From: a virus
Lineage: Duplodnaviria; Caudoviricetes
Virus record (IMG/VR): IMGVR_UViG_3300002091_000037
Location: 1 to 54,495 of that record
Strand: one strand, 5' to 3'
DNA: 54,495 nt
This document shows, piece after piece, positions 17,890 to 28,664 of this stretch. The position numbers and the translations under genes are program-made. Within the stretch, counting starts at the first letter, position 1, and each line of letters opens with the position of its first letter. The notes beneath the pieces are model-generated. The model had not been told where the DNA came from and did not search any database. It worked only from the letters and a program-made list of their open reading frames with translations.

Positions 17890-19539
17890 ATGCCAATGAA
17901 AAATGTTAGAACGCCTTTTACAAACATGAGTTTCACACCTGATGTTCCTAGTAGTGCATTGTCGCCCACAGAATATAATTCAGGACAAAACGTTGAAACT
18001 GATGTTCGCAGTATTAAGAGCGTCTTAGGCGATGAATATATCCTAAGTCAAATTACCGGTAGACCCATATTTGTCACAAGTGGATTTAGAGCCAACAATG
18101 TGTTTTGGTTCGTTGTGGCCACAAGCACCGGAACATGGTATGCTATTAATGATGCTGGCATTACAAACATATCAACAGGTGCAATAGGGTATACCAGCGC
18201 AGGTTATACCGACTATACCAGCATTACTGCTACATGGAACGGAACTGTGTTGTTTATTAATGACACAATTAATCCTCCTATGTATTTGTTGGATAGTGTA
18301 AACACTTTGCGTTTATACGATAATGCACCCGATAACTATGTTTGGAATTATAGCGTTACTGTGCCCACAAGTGGACCACAGTCGGGCAATACTATTCCCT
18401 TGTATAGCAGTCTAACTGCTGGCTTTGTTAGATTATACAACAGTCCCAACGTGGGATCATTATTGTTTGCTGGTAATTTATCGGGAGTTATTGCACCTAA
18501 CGTAACAGCATATACGCCGGGCACTATTCAAAACTTACCCACTACTGTGCAATGGAGTCAGAACTTTGGACTTAATGCAGGCCCTACAACTTGGGCACCA
18601 ACATTAACCAACGTGGCCAACCAGGTGGACATTCCTGTGCGTGGACCTGTTATAGATGGTTTTCCACTAAATGGCAACTTCTATGTCTGCAGTTATTGGG
18701 ACACCGTTGTGTTTAGCCCAATTGCATATCAATCATCAACTGCACCATTGTTTGGTATTAAACTGTTAAATCAAGGTCGCGGCTTGTTAAATGAAAACTG
18801 TTGGACCAACGTGGACAACGTTGTATACGGTATGGATGCACGTGATGTATGGCAATTTGATGGTGGTAAGTTTACACCTATCGGTAACCAACGTGTTAAA
18901 GACTATCTATATGCCAATTTGAATCCCAACTACACTGGCCAGATATTCATGGACAACAACAGTAGTAAGTATCAAATGGAAATTTACTATCCTGATTTAA
19001 ACTCAACTGGTCATTGCAACAAAATGATCAGTTATAGATATGACTTGGACGTTTGGAATGCTCCACGTGATGTCAACAACGCCACAATGTCAACTGAAAG
19101 TCCTGTGTGGACAGGCAACGTTGCCAACTTGGCCACAAGAACAATTGTCTACACAAGTTTTGATGCCAACACAAGAATGATACAAAAAGACATTGGCACC
19201 AGTTTTGTTAACAACGCACCCATAAGCAGTTCATTCCAACGCAACAACATCAGTTATGGACAAAACTTTGCTGACCATGTGTTAGTGCATCGTGTGCTAC
19301 CCGAAGTATATGGAACAGGCAATGTCAGTTATGCCATAGGTGGCAGCATGAATACCAATACTGCACCCGTATTCCAGCCAACAGTTAATGTTGCCATTGG
19401 CACAGATTATCCCTGGGCACAGATTGATCAAAACGAACAACGCATGGTAAGTTTAAATGTTACAAGTAACAGCGCAGTTAACAGTTGGCAATTAAGTGCC
19501 ATGAATTGGCAAGTAACAGTTGTGGAGACTGATCGCTAA
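17890..19539 (+). CDS. Probable tail hub / packaged-DNA stabilisation protein (P22 gp10-like)
   Basis: 549 aa, beta-rich with WQFDG...PIGNQRV segment; position in the tail module. Confidence 0.65.
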   Translation: MPMKNVRTPFTNMSFTPDVPSSALSPTEYNSGQNVETDVRSIKSVLGDEYILSQITGRPIFVTSGFRANNVFWFVVATSTGTWYAINDAGITNISTGAIGYTSAGYTDYTSITATWNGTVLFINDTINPPMYLLDSVNTLRLYDNAPDNYVWNYSVTVPTSGPQSGNTIPLYSSLTAGFVRLYNSPNVGSLLFAGNLSGVIAPNVTAYTPGTIQNLPTTVQWSQNFGLNAGPTTWAPTLTNVANQVDIPVRGPVIDGFPLNGNFYVCSYWDTVVFSPIAYQSSTAPLFGIKLLNQGRGLLNENCWTNVDNVVYGMDARDVWQFDGGKFTPIGNQRVKDYLYANLNPNYTGQIFMDNNSSKYQMEIYYPDLNSTGHCNKMISYRYDLDVWNAPRDVNNATMSTESPVWTGNVANLATRTIVYTSFDANTRMIQKDIGTSFVNNAPISSSFQRNNISYGQNFADHVLVHRVLPEVYGTGNVSYAIGGSMNTNTAPVFQPTVNVAIGTDYPWAQIDQNEQRMVSLNVTSNSAVNSWQLSAMNWQVTVVETDR

Positions 19540-20849
19540 TGAGCACATTTGCATTATCAGTTGGTGATACACAAGAAGACATTGTTGGTGCATTAAATTA
19601 TGCATTAAGTAATTTGGGCAGCACGGTCAGCGGTAATATTACCTATTCAGGTAATATCTTAGTGGCCAATACCACTACAGGTGTTATCAGTAGTGTAACC
19701 AGCACAGGAACAACACAGGTTCCTGTTATCAGTTATTTGTATGGCTATGTCAACGTCAAATATGCCAACAGTGCCAGTGGATCTTCAGGGTTTACCAGCA
19801 ACAGTGCTTATGCAAATTACTATGGTGTGCATAATACCACAGATGGCAGTATCAGCAGTAATCCCACAGATTACAATTGGACACAGGTTGCAGGTGGCTT
19901 TGGTGCCACTAAGCAATTGTATTACACAACTGGTGGCGGTAATACCGTTAACTTTAACGTCAGCACTGGCGTTCCTAGCATTTACTACACACCGGTATTA
20001 GACAACACACCAATACAGTTGGCCATTATAGGTAATAGTGCAGTTGTTGCCAATAGCATACAACCACGTGTTATTACCAATGTGCAAATAGCCGGTAACA
20101 CCATACAAGGGCAAAATATTCAGTTGGGCACTATTACTGCTAATCTATTAGCAGCCAACAGTATTTTTGTCAGTCAAAGTTTACAAAGCACTAATGCAAC
20201 ATTTAACAGTCCAACTAGTGCAGGATTTTGGTTAAATGCCACTAATGGCAGTGCCCGCTTTGGTAGTAGTATCAATGTTGGTGACAGTTTAACTGTTGGT
20301 AATAATGCTTCAATTGGTGGAAATTTAAATGTATCTGGATTAATAACCACAGGCGGGTTAAATTCCAATACTGTATCAACTACTACCATAGTTAATCAAG
20401 CAGTCAGTATTGGTAATGCCGCAACATCAACAACTGCTATAACTATCTCCAATCCCACTGCCAATACACCTAGATATTACACTTATGCCAATGTCACAAT
20501 AAATTTAGCCAGCACTGCGGGAATATCAAATTACATTAGTGGTGTATTAGCCACTGATCAGACTGTTGATGTTTCTTATGGAACTAGTAGTTTTGTATTG
20601 ACATTTTATCTGTATAGAAATAGTCCAGGCTCAAATACAGTTTTATTAGCACAAACATTTAGATATGAAGCCACTTTAACGCAATCAAGATGGAATAATA
20701 TTGTGCCATTTAGTTATTTAGATACCGGATTAAGTGCAGGGGTAGACTATACATATAGTCTGCTTTGGGCAACTAGCACCGGAGGGTTGTCTATGCCAAC
20801 AGCAATTTTAAAGAGTGGCACGTTAGTTTGCCAAATATTAAAACGATGA
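19539..20849 (+). CDS. Tail protein, fibre/spike-like
   Basis: Ser/Thr/Asn-rich; followed by a tail-fibre chaperone. Confidence 0.6.
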   Translation: MSTFALSVGDTQEDIVGALNYALSNLGSTVSGNITYSGNILVANTTTGVISSVTSTGTTQVPVISYLYGYVNVKYANSASGSSGFTSNSAYANYYGVHNTTDGSISSNPTDYNWTQVAGGFGATKQLYYTTGGGNTVNFNVSTGVPSIYYTPVLDNTPIQLAIIGNSAVVANSIQPRVITNVQIAGNTIQGQNIQLGTITANLLAANSIFVSQSLQSTNATFNSPTSAGFWLNATNGSARFGSSINVGDSLTVGNNASIGGNLNVSGLITTGGLNSNTVSTTTIVNQAVSIGNAATSTTAITISNPTANTPRYYTYANVTINLASTAGISNYISGVLATDQTVDVSYGTSSFVLTFYLYRNSPGSNTVLLAQTFRYEATLTQSRWNNIVPFSYLDTGLSAGVDYTYSLLWATSTGGLSMPTAILKSGTLVCQILKR

Positions 20850-21259
20850 TATATTCAACATACGACCCCTCAACTGGACAAATCATATCTACTGTATCGG
20901 ATATGTCAACCGCCGTGCCTGATAATGCTGTATTGGGCGCATACAATGATCTTGAACATTATATTGATATTGTTAATAAGACTGTGATCAACAAACCTGA
21001 AATTCCAGGTGATGATTACCATTGGGATTTTAATAGCAAGACATGGACGTTAGATTCAGCGTCAGCTACACAAACAGCACGTCAACAAAGAAATATATTA
21101 TTAAGTTTTGTTGATAGAGTAAATCCCATATGGTATAACAGTTTAACAGACAGTCAAAAACAGGAAATTGCCGATTATAGAACTGCACTATTAAACGTGC
21201 CCCAACAGTCAGAATTCCCTGCAACAATTGAGTGGCCCACAAGACCCACTTGGTTATAA
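20846..21259 (+). CDS. Tail fibre assembly chaperone
   Basis: ARQQRNILL...YRTALLNVPQQSEFPATIEWPTRP C-terminus; ATGA overlap start at 20846. Confidence 0.8.
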   Translation: MIYSTYDPSTGQIISTVSDMSTAVPDNAVLGAYNDLEHYIDIVNKTVINKPEIPGDDYHWDFNSKTWTLDSASATQTARQQRNILLSFVDRVNPIWYNSLTDSQKQEIADYRTALLNVPQQSEFPATIEWPTRPTWL

Positions 21260-21274
21260 ACATTAAATAAGTAT

Positions 21275-24172
21275 ATGGCATTAACAGCACAACAACAAAC
21301 ATTAGTAGACAAAGCCAAAAAAGGCGGAGTAGTAACCACTGCCCAAATAACTGCTGTAGGGTTAACTCCTACAACATTTAACCAAGCAGTAAAAGGCACT
21401 TATACTGGACCTACAACTACACCAACTCCTGTAGTAGCGCCAGTTGCACCGACACCAGTTGCACCAACTCCTGCGGCACCTACAACAGCACAATTACAGG
21501 CTACTGCAAATGCTGCCTATAACACATTTTTAAATAATCAGACACAGGCTAATTTAGATGCTTGGGCTGCAGCTGCGAAAACTGCAGGACAAGATGTTAC
21601 TGCTAATGTGGCTAATTATCAACAAGCAATAACTAAGGCAGCACAAACACAAGCACAACAGGCAGCACAAGCGGCTGCACAACCTGTGGCACCGACACCA
21701 GTTGCACCAGTTGCACCAACACAAACTGCCGCAGAAATCGCTGCACAAGCAACTGCCGCAGCAGCTGCAAAAGCTGATGCTGATAAGGCTGCACAAGCAC
21801 AAGCACTGGCAGCTCAACAAGCCGCGGCACAACAGGCACAGGCATTGGCATTGGCACAACAAGAAGCTGAAAAACAAGCGCAAGCAACCGCATTTGCAGA
21901 ACAACAAAGAATTGCACAAGAACAACAAGCAGCCGCACAAGCCGCCGCAGATGCACAACACGCCGCAGAGTTAAAAGCACAACAAGATGCACAAGCCAAG
22001 GCAGCGGCAGATTTCGCCGCACAACAAGGTGCAATTGATGCCGCAAATAATGCACGGATACAAGCCGCAACAGATAAGTCAGCAATGTTAACCATTGCAC
22101 AAAATGCTGCCGGAGTTCCTGGTGGTAAAGACTTATTGGGCAATTACTCAACACCACAAGAGGCATTGACTAATGCACAGACAGCATACGCTGCCGCACA
22201 AAAGGCCTATGATAGTTATACTGGCAGTGATGTAAATCAACGAGCACAACTGGCTGCAAATTTAAACAACGCCGCACAACTCAACAGTTTTTTAACTCGA
22301 GACCTTGCTACAAATTATGCACAGGCAAATCAAAATTTACCAGCAGTAAATCAACAATACACACAGGCAACACAGACATTACAACAAGCACAAAATGCTG
22401 TAACTGCTCAACAGGAACAGGCATCAGTTGCCAAATCTGTTGCTGATAGAGCTGCAATGGATAAACCATTTGGTGACATCAATTGGGGCGCAGTTGGTGC
22501 TGCTGCGTTGTTGGCCGTGGGCATTGCTGATCCCAGTTTATTGGGCCTAGCCGATGCAGGAGCATTGACTCCAGAAGCATTGACCACTGCTGGTGTTGCG
22601 CCTGAAGCCACTGCTGAAGCCATTGCCACTGGAATTGAAGGTGGCACTATTCCAGCCGAAGCCGCACCAGAAATTGCCAGCACAGTAGCCGAAGCCTCAC
22701 CAGTTGCACCAGAATCAATAGCAACAGAAACACTAACGCCACCAGTTGAGGCTGGACCGGTTGCACCAGAGGTTCCTGTGTCATCAACAGTTCCTCCTGG
22801 ACAACCTATAACAGAATTAAACGCACAACAAACTGCTGAATTAATGAAAAACGTTGATCCCAATATGGTCAACAGTTTACAACCAGTTGAACCTGTTCCT
22901 ACAGAAACACCATATCGTGTTGATGTAAGTGGTGCTGCAGGAACTGCCGAAGCACCTGGTTATGCAGTTACAGAATCAATGACTCCTGGTAGTCAATTGG
23001 CAACACAGGCTGAAATTGATGCAGGTGCTGCCACATGGAATCCAGCTGCCAATGCTTGGGAGGTTACTGCTGCCGCACCTACTGCATTAAGCCCTGTAGT
23101 TCCAGGAGTAGAATCACTAGGCGCAACAGGCGCAGGTGGTAGCGTATATGGTGCAGGTGGTGCATTAAATGTGCCCGAAGTAGTAGTTGGTGCCGGTGGT
23201 GGTGCAAGTGCTATTTCTCCAGCAGTATTAGCTGCGGGCGGCGTTGCAGCAGCAGGACTTGGCGGCGGAGGCGCAGGTGGCGCTGCCGGTGGTGGAGGCG
23301 GAACTGCTGCCCCTACTACAACACCAGTTGAACCAGTAGCAACAACTCCTGTTACTACAACACCAACAGTTGAACCACCTCCAGTTACTACAACACCAAC
23401 TACAACACCAGTTGAACCAGTAGCAACAACTCCTGTAACAGAAGCACCTCCAGTTACTACAACACCAACTACAACACCAGTTGAACCAGTAGCAACAACT
23501 CCTGTTACTACAACACCAACAGTTGAACCACCTCCATTATCACCTGTTGAACCTGTAACATTAACACCAAGTCAACCTATACCAGAAGTTCAAGCAGTCT
23601 CACCCGCACCAACACCAGTTGAAACACCACCTGCACCATATACAGGTCCAGGAATTGGTGAAGTGCCAAATCCTGCAGAAGTTCCTGTTACCGATTTAAG
23701 CACACCAGCGGTGCCAATGGGGCCAAGTCCATATGATTGGGTAGCTCCTGCGGCCGCAGGAGCAGTGGGTGGTGCATTACTAGCAGGTGCATTGACACCC
23801 GCACCTGGTGGTCCAAAAAAACCCAATTACGGTCCATTGCCACCAAATCAATGGGGCACACCACCAGCACCAGGAACATCTGGATTAAATCCCGGATATT
23901 TAATGGGTATTACTCCAGCAGAATATTCAGGAACGCCTACACAGGCCACACACTATTGGGGAGTTCATCCCTATGTTACTGATCTTGCACACATACAAGA
24001 TTACAACCAATTGCCACCAGGCCAGGCCTGGGGAGCAGAATATGCACAGGGAGTAGGTCCAAATCGACTGAATGTGCAACAACTTATCAATCAAGTGCTG
24101 GGACCAAAAGCACAAGCAGCGGCCGTGGGCACTGCATATCCAGGACCTATCGCTCCTGCTAATAAGGGTTAA
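21275..24172 (+). CDS. Large low-complexity Ala/Gln/Pro/Thr-rich protein, probably internal/ejection protein
   Basis: 965 aa; coiled-coil Q/A region, hydrophobic Gly/Ala segments, PT repeats; first gene of the ejection cluster. Confidence 0.6.
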   Translation: MALTAQQQTLVDKAKKGGVVTTAQITAVGLTPTTFNQAVKGTYTGPTTTPTPVVAPVAPTPVAPTPAAPTTAQLQATANAAYNTFLNNQTQANLDAWAAAAKTAGQDVTANVANYQQAITKAAQTQAQQAAQAAAQPVAPTPVAPVAPTQTAAEIAAQATAAAAAKADADKAAQAQALAAQQAAAQQAQALALAQQEAEKQAQATAFAEQQRIAQEQQAAAQAAADAQHAAELKAQQDAQAKAAADFAAQQGAIDAANNARIQAATDKSAMLTIAQNAAGVPGGKDLLGNYSTPQEALTNAQTAYAAAQKAYDSYTGSDVNQRAQLAANLNNAAQLNSFLTRDLATNYAQANQNLPAVNQQYTQATQTLQQAQNAVTAQQEQASVAKSVADRAAMDKPFGDINWGAVGAAALLAVGIADPSLLGLADAGALTPEALTTAGVAPEATAEAIATGIEGGTIPAEAAPEIASTVAEASPVAPESIATETLTPPVEAGPVAPEVPVSSTVPPGQPITELNAQQTAELMKNVDPNMVNSLQPVEPVPTETPYRVDVSGAAGTAEAPGYAVTESMTPGSQLATQAEIDAGAATWNPAANAWEVTAAAPTALSPVVPGVESLGATGAGGSVYGAGGALNVPEVVVGAGGGASAISPAVLAAGGVAAAGLGGGGAGGAAGGGGGTAAPTTTPVEPVATTPVTTTPTVEPPPVTTTPTTTPVEPVATTPVTEAPPVTTTPTTTPVEPVATTPVTTTPTVEPPPLSPVEPVTLTPSQPIPEVQAVSPAPTPVETPPAPYTGPGIGEVPNPAEVPVTDLSTPAVPMGPSPYDWVAPAAAGAVGGALLAGALTPAPGGPKKPNYGPLPPNQWGTPPAPGTSGLNPGYLMGITPAEYSGTPTQATHYWGVHPYVTDLAHIQDYNQLPPGQAWGAEYAQGVGPNRLNVQQLINQVLGPKAQAAAVGTAYPGPIAPANKG
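23315..23537 (+). repeat. Intragenic tandem repeats encoding TTTPVEPVATTPVT... three times
   Basis: ACTACAACACCAGTTGAACCAGTAGCAACAACTCCTGT occurs three times. Confidence 0.85.
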
Positions 24173-24199
24173 ATACACTATGACTATCGGAGAACGCAT

Positions 24200-24910
24200 A
24201 TGAGTTTCGGCAAAGGCGGAAGCACAACATACACAACACCAGAAATGACACCTGAGCAACGTCAACAAGTTGACTTACAAAATCAATTTGCTCAATACTT
24301 GATTCCCACATATAAAAATCTAGTAGGTGGTGCTACGGGATTATATAACGAAGCAAAACCTGGTGTTGATTTGGCCGCACAAAATCTAGCCGGAACTGCT
24401 AGACAAACACAAAACGTATTGGGCACTACAGGTGAATCAGCAATTAAAACTGGTATCAGTGGCTTAGAGAACCTGTTTACACCCGAATACGAACAACAAC
24501 AATTGGCTGCAGTTTTAAATCCAGCACAAGCACAGTATCAGCAAAACTTGTCTAATCAAATGGCACAGTTTGGTGGCGCTGGTAATTTGGGCTCTGCACG
24601 TAGCGCACTTGCACAAACACAATTAGCAGGAACTGCACAAGCACAACAACAAGCAGCCACTGCACAAGTAGAAAATCAAATTGCACAGCAAAGACTAGCT
24701 GCGGGACAAGCACTAACAGGTGCAGGACAAACCAACTTAGGACAAGCATTGGGAGCCGCCGGACAAGGTATTACTGCTGCAATGACGCCACAACAATTAT
24801 ACAGTCAATATGCCAGCGTATTATATGGGGCTCCGGGTCAAAGTTATTCATTAGGCCCAACTGGCTCTACTAGCACTACAAACCAAAGCAGTTTTGGTAT
24901 TAAGATTTAA
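24200..24910 (+). CDS. Probable DNA ejection (pilot) protein
   Basis: MSFGKGG start, Gln/Ala/Gly-rich, GNLGSARSALA segment; GGAG RBS. Confidence 0.65.
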   Translation: MSFGKGGSTTYTTPEMTPEQRQQVDLQNQFAQYLIPTYKNLVGGATGLYNEAKPGVDLAAQNLAGTARQTQNVLGTTGESAIKTGISGLENLFTPEYEQQQLAAVLNPAQAQYQQNLSNQMAQFGGAGNLGSARSALAQTQLAGTAQAQQQAATAQVENQIAQQRLAAGQALTGAGQTNLGQALGAAGQGITAAMTPQQLYSQYASVLYGAPGQSYSLGPTGSTSTTNQSSFGIKI

Positions 24911-24917
24911 GGATTAA

Positions 24918-27185
24918 ATGATGGCATATGATTTAATGGATTTAGCCAGCAGATATGGACAACGTCGTTTAGATCAAGCGACACAGCCATTCACGGATCC
25001 TGAAGCATATCTGAACAACAGATTGCAACAAAACTTTGGTGTAGACATGAATGGTAATACTACACCTGTCAGCACAACTATCAAATACAACACTGATACT
25101 GGCGCTCCAGAAACTGTAACAACCAAACACGAAGTTGGCACACCTGATTATTCAGCTGGTGCAACTTATACATTGCCTAGTCCGCAAGCACAACCTATGG
25201 GCTTACAAATGCCTGTAGCACAACCTGTTGGAATGCAAATGCCACAGACCATGCCTGCCGCACAACCAGCACCTGTTGCTGTTCCTGATGCACAGGCCAT
25301 TGATGAACAACGTCGCAGACAACTAGAACAAGCACAATTAGCACAGGTTCAGGCTCAACAAGCACAACAAATGGCTCCTGCTCCTGCTGGACCAGCAGTG
25401 CCCACAGTGGAACGTGAAGTAGCACAACCTCCTGCACAACCAGTTGTTACTGCACCAGTAACACCACAAGCAGTTGCACAACAAGCTGCACCAGCATTAC
25501 CTGCACAAGCAGCAGTTAATCAAGTTACGGCCACACAATTACCACAATTTGGTCCAGGAGTTCAAGTAGCTGGTGGACCACCAGGCGCAGGCGTATCACA
25601 AGCGGCACAAGTTGCAGCACCTGCAGTTGCAGCAGCACCTGCACCTGCAACATGGCAAACTGATTTAACTGCTATACAAAATGATCCTACTAAATTAGCG
25701 GCTTATGTTGGCAATGAAGCCAACCCAGAAAATGCACGTAAAATTGCTGGCACTTTATGGCGCAAGCAAGAAGACTTACGTGCTAAAGGACTTGATATTG
25801 AAAAACTATTTGTTGATGCCAGCAATGGTGATGTCAAAGCTGTTAATACACTAGCAAATGATTTAAAGAAACGCACCGAAGAAGGCAGTTTGTTAAAGGC
25901 TTATTTTTATAATCGATTAGGTCTTACAGATTTGGCCAAAGAAGAACAAATGAAGATTCGTGGCGGTGGCGTTACCAGTGAAATGATGGGCGGTCAATTT
26001 TACACTGTTGAAAAGAACAGTAAAGGTGAAGTCGTTCGTGCATGGAACAGTGATGGTGCTGCACTTAATCGCGATAAAATTGCACAGTTACAATCATCTG
26101 GTCAAAAGACTGGCACACATGCATTTAGCACAACTGGTGGAGTATACACTATTCCCGAAGGTGAACCAGATGCTGGTCAAGAATATGCTAGACGTTTTAG
26201 TGCTCAAACAGGTCAATTTGAAAATGTAATTACAAGTGGACCAAATGCCAACAATCCATATCTTGGCAAGCCTGGATATGAGAAGCGTGTTGAAACCAAC
26301 GCCGCTGTTAAACTTAATAGTGCATACGTTGACTTCCAAACTAAACCAACTATTGCAATGGCTACAACCATGTTGGAATTGGCTGGTAAAGCAGACACAG
26401 GTGATGGCAAGACAATTAATAATGCCATGGCAGAAATACAACGTCGTAGTCCAACAATCTTTAATCAAATACAGCCAATGGCTCCGGCTATCACTGGTAG
26501 AACTCCAGCAGAAGCAGCACAACCAGCACCGAATGCAGCTACAGTTACACGCCCAACAACAGGTGCAGTATCACCACAACAGGTGCAAGCACAGGCAGCT
26601 CCTGCAGTAACACCTACGGCAGGCGGTGGTGGAGGTTCATTGACTCAAAAGATAACACAACAAGAAGAATCGATTAAAACTGCTGAAATGGCCAAACGTG
26701 AAGAGCAAAAACCACCAGCAGAAGCCAAAGGTAATATCAAAGCCAATGATATCAATAACCAAAACCAGGCCAATGAATATCATGGTCTAATGCGACCAAT
26801 TAGTGATCTTATTAAGAAATCTACAGGATCTAAAGTTGGGGCTACAATTGATAGTGCATTATCAGCATTTGGTGCTACAACACCAGGTGGAGAAGCTATT
26901 GCTGAATTAAATCAATATTCAGGATACTTGCAAAAGAATGTGCCTAAATTTAAGGGTAGTGACAGTGACCGAGATGTTAAAATTTATCAAATGTTGGCTG
27001 GTAATTTTAATGATGCAGAACAACCAATCAAATACAGAATGGCTGCGCTTAAAGGTATGATTCAGTTATTGAAGAAATATGACAAAGAAGGTGTTAATGA
27101 TTGGACCTTTGGTGGTGCCGGACAACCTGGTGGAACCAGCGATGTTCGTAACCGTGCAGATGCAATTATTGGTGGAGGCAGATAA
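24918..27185 (+). CDS. Probable DNA ejection protein, 755 aa
   Basis: Position; Pro/Gln/Ala-rich linkers with helical domains. Confidence 0.6.
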   Translation: MMAYDLMDLASRYGQRRLDQATQPFTDPEAYLNNRLQQNFGVDMNGNTTPVSTTIKYNTDTGAPETVTTKHEVGTPDYSAGATYTLPSPQAQPMGLQMPVAQPVGMQMPQTMPAAQPAPVAVPDAQAIDEQRRRQLEQAQLAQVQAQQAQQMAPAPAGPAVPTVEREVAQPPAQPVVTAPVTPQAVAQQAAPALPAQAAVNQVTATQLPQFGPGVQVAGGPPGAGVSQAAQVAAPAVAAAPAPATWQTDLTAIQNDPTKLAAYVGNEANPENARKIAGTLWRKQEDLRAKGLDIEKLFVDASNGDVKAVNTLANDLKKRTEEGSLLKAYFYNRLGLTDLAKEEQMKIRGGGVTSEMMGGQFYTVEKNSKGEVVRAWNSDGAALNRDKIAQLQSSGQKTGTHAFSTTGGVYTIPEGEPDAGQEYARRFSAQTGQFENVITSGPNANNPYLGKPGYEKRVETNAAVKLNSAYVDFQTKPTIAMATTMLELAGKADTGDGKTINNAMAEIQRRSPTIFNQIQPMAPAITGRTPAEAAQPAPNAATVTRPTTGAVSPQQVQAQAAPAVTPTAGGGGGSLTQKITQQEESIKTAEMAKREEQKPPAEAKGNIKANDINNQNQANEYHGLMRPISDLIKKSTGSKVGATIDSALSAFGATTPGGEAIAELNQYSGYLQKNVPKFKGSDSDRDVKIYQMLAGNFNDAEQPIKYRMAALKGMIQLLKKYDKEGVNDWTFGGAGQPGGTSDVRNRADAIIGGGR

Positions 27186-28018
27186 TGGCCAAGGCAGATG
27201 ATTACGCAAAGTGGATTGTTGATAACCAAGACAAAAAAGGCACAGAAGATTTTAATACTGTGGTGCAAGCCTATCAAGAAGCCAAAGCAGAAGAGGCTGG
27301 CGCTGCTACCACTAGTAATGATATAACTACTGCACCTCCTGAAGGAACAGAGAATGTTGCAACTTACGCTGCACAGTCTGCAGTCCCTTTGACCGTAGGG
27401 GGGCCAAACTTGATGAATGCTCCAGTTCAAGTAGGTGGCGCCGCAGTAGAAGCAGGTGGTCCTTTGGCCCGAACTGCTGTAGAAGTAGCCAAAGATGTTC
27501 CTGCTTGGGTCAAACCATTAAGTAATTTATCTGTTGGTGAAACATTAAAGTATGTTGGACAACATGGATTAACCAAATCGGCCGCAGATCTTGCAGGAGC
27601 TATTTTACATCCATTGCGTGATGTCAGTATAGGAACTGCAGCCAAAGCAGCAGGCACTGGTATTGTGCAAGGTGTTATGGCTCCAGAAAACTTAATGACA
27701 TTGCCATACAACATGGCGGCATACGAACAAGCAAAAATTCGTGCCAACCCCACTGCACCAGAATATGCCAGTAATCCATACGCTATGACTGTGCGTGGCG
27801 AAGCACCAACACAAGCAGCCGCAGGCGCAATTAACCAACGTCTAGCCTTAATGGGACAAAAATATGGTGGCATTACTCCAGAACAACAACAAATCCTACA
27901 ACAGGATCGTCAACGTCAACAAGCACAAATAGTATTAAAACAACCAGCAAGCACACAAAACTATATGCAACGTATGAGAGCATTAAGCGAATTATATGCA
28001 CCAATCACACCACAATAA
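27185..28018 (+). CDS. Probable DNA ejection/internal virion protein
   Basis: TAATG coupling; Ala/Gly-rich; last of the cluster. Confidence 0.55.
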   Translation: MAKADDYAKWIVDNQDKKGTEDFNTVVQAYQEAKAEEAGAATTSNDITTAPPEGTENVATYAAQSAVPLTVGGPNLMNAPVQVGGAAVEAGGPLARTAVEVAKDVPAWVKPLSNLSVGETLKYVGQHGLTKSAADLAGAILHPLRDVSIGTAAKAAGTGIVQGVMAPENLMTLPYNMAAYEQAKIRANPTAPEYASNPYAMTVRGEAPTQAAAGAINQRLALMGQKYGGITPEQQQILQQDRQRQQAQIVLKQPASTQNYMQRMRALSELYAPITPQ

Positions 28019-28027
28019 GGAATTGAA

Positions 28028-28516
28028 ATGAAAGAAAACTTAAAACATTTACATACTGTATTAGAAGAAACATTTGCTGCAAACTTTGTTAGTTATTACA
28101 GAGCACATGTTGCACACGTCAACTTAATCGGTAGCGATTTCCCAGCCCGACACAAATTATTACAAAAAGTTTATGAATACCTACAGGATAACATAGACAC
28201 CCTGGGAGAAAAACTACGCACTACTAGAGCATTTATGCCCCGTAGTCTACAGACTGTAGTTGGTGTTAGTCCCATTATGGATTATGATGTTACGGGTGAT
28301 CAAGATCAATTATTGGAAACAGTTGATGAAGATCTAGAAGCACTCATTGATCAATACCATGCATTGTATGAGGCAGCAGAAGCAGTCAACTACATTGACA
28401 TTAGTAATTTTGCCCAGGATCAAGTAGGCATATTGGCCAAACATCGTTGGATGTTAGAATCTACACTAGGTAAAAATCAAGAAGAAGCTGACGAAGATGA
28501 AGACAGCATCTACTAA
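28028..28516 (+). CDS. dps: Dps / ferritin-like DNA-protection protein
   Basis: HVNLIGSDFPARHKLLQKVYE...DTLGEKLR matches the Dps HW/NxxG.F..HxxxE...DxxAER pattern; C-terminal KHRWML. Confidence 0.85.
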   Translation: MKENLKHLHTVLEETFAANFVSYYRAHVAHVNLIGSDFPARHKLLQKVYEYLQDNIDTLGEKLRTTRAFMPRSLQTVVGVSPIMDYDVTGDQDQLLETVDEDLEALIDQYHALYEAAEAVNYIDISNFAQDQVGILAKHRWMLESTLGKNQEEADEDEDSIY

Positions 28517-28664
28517 TGTAGTGCCTTTGCATTCACTTGAAGAACATCTAAGTGAATGTGAAACAAGGTATCAATCTGTAATCAACAAACTCGATACCTT
28601 GGATACACGTATGTCACGTGTAGAACAGTTACTGCTGGAAATTAAGCAGGCTGTAAAACGTTAA
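28497..28664 (+). CDS. Small coiled-coil protein, 55 aa (not in ORF track)
   Basis: MKTASTNVVPLHSLEEHLSECETRYQSVINKLDTLDTRMSRVEQLLLEIKQAVKR fills the gap and has a heptad pattern. Confidence 0.55.
   Translation: MKTASTNVVPLHSLEEHLSECETRYQSVINKLDTLDTRMSRVEQLLLEIKQAVKR

Noticed and set aside
23315-23537. Regular repeats resembling a CRISPR array (also 48900-51050)
   Set aside because: In-frame coding repeats without unique spacers; no cas genes
21554-27873. Many minus-strand and off-frame ORFs in the track (for example 567..1085, 21633..22166, 35004..35435, 43389..43898, 49895..50212)
   Set aside because: Shadow ORFs of codon-biased genes on the opposite strand or frame; Cys/Leu/Val-rich nonsense composition and no RBS
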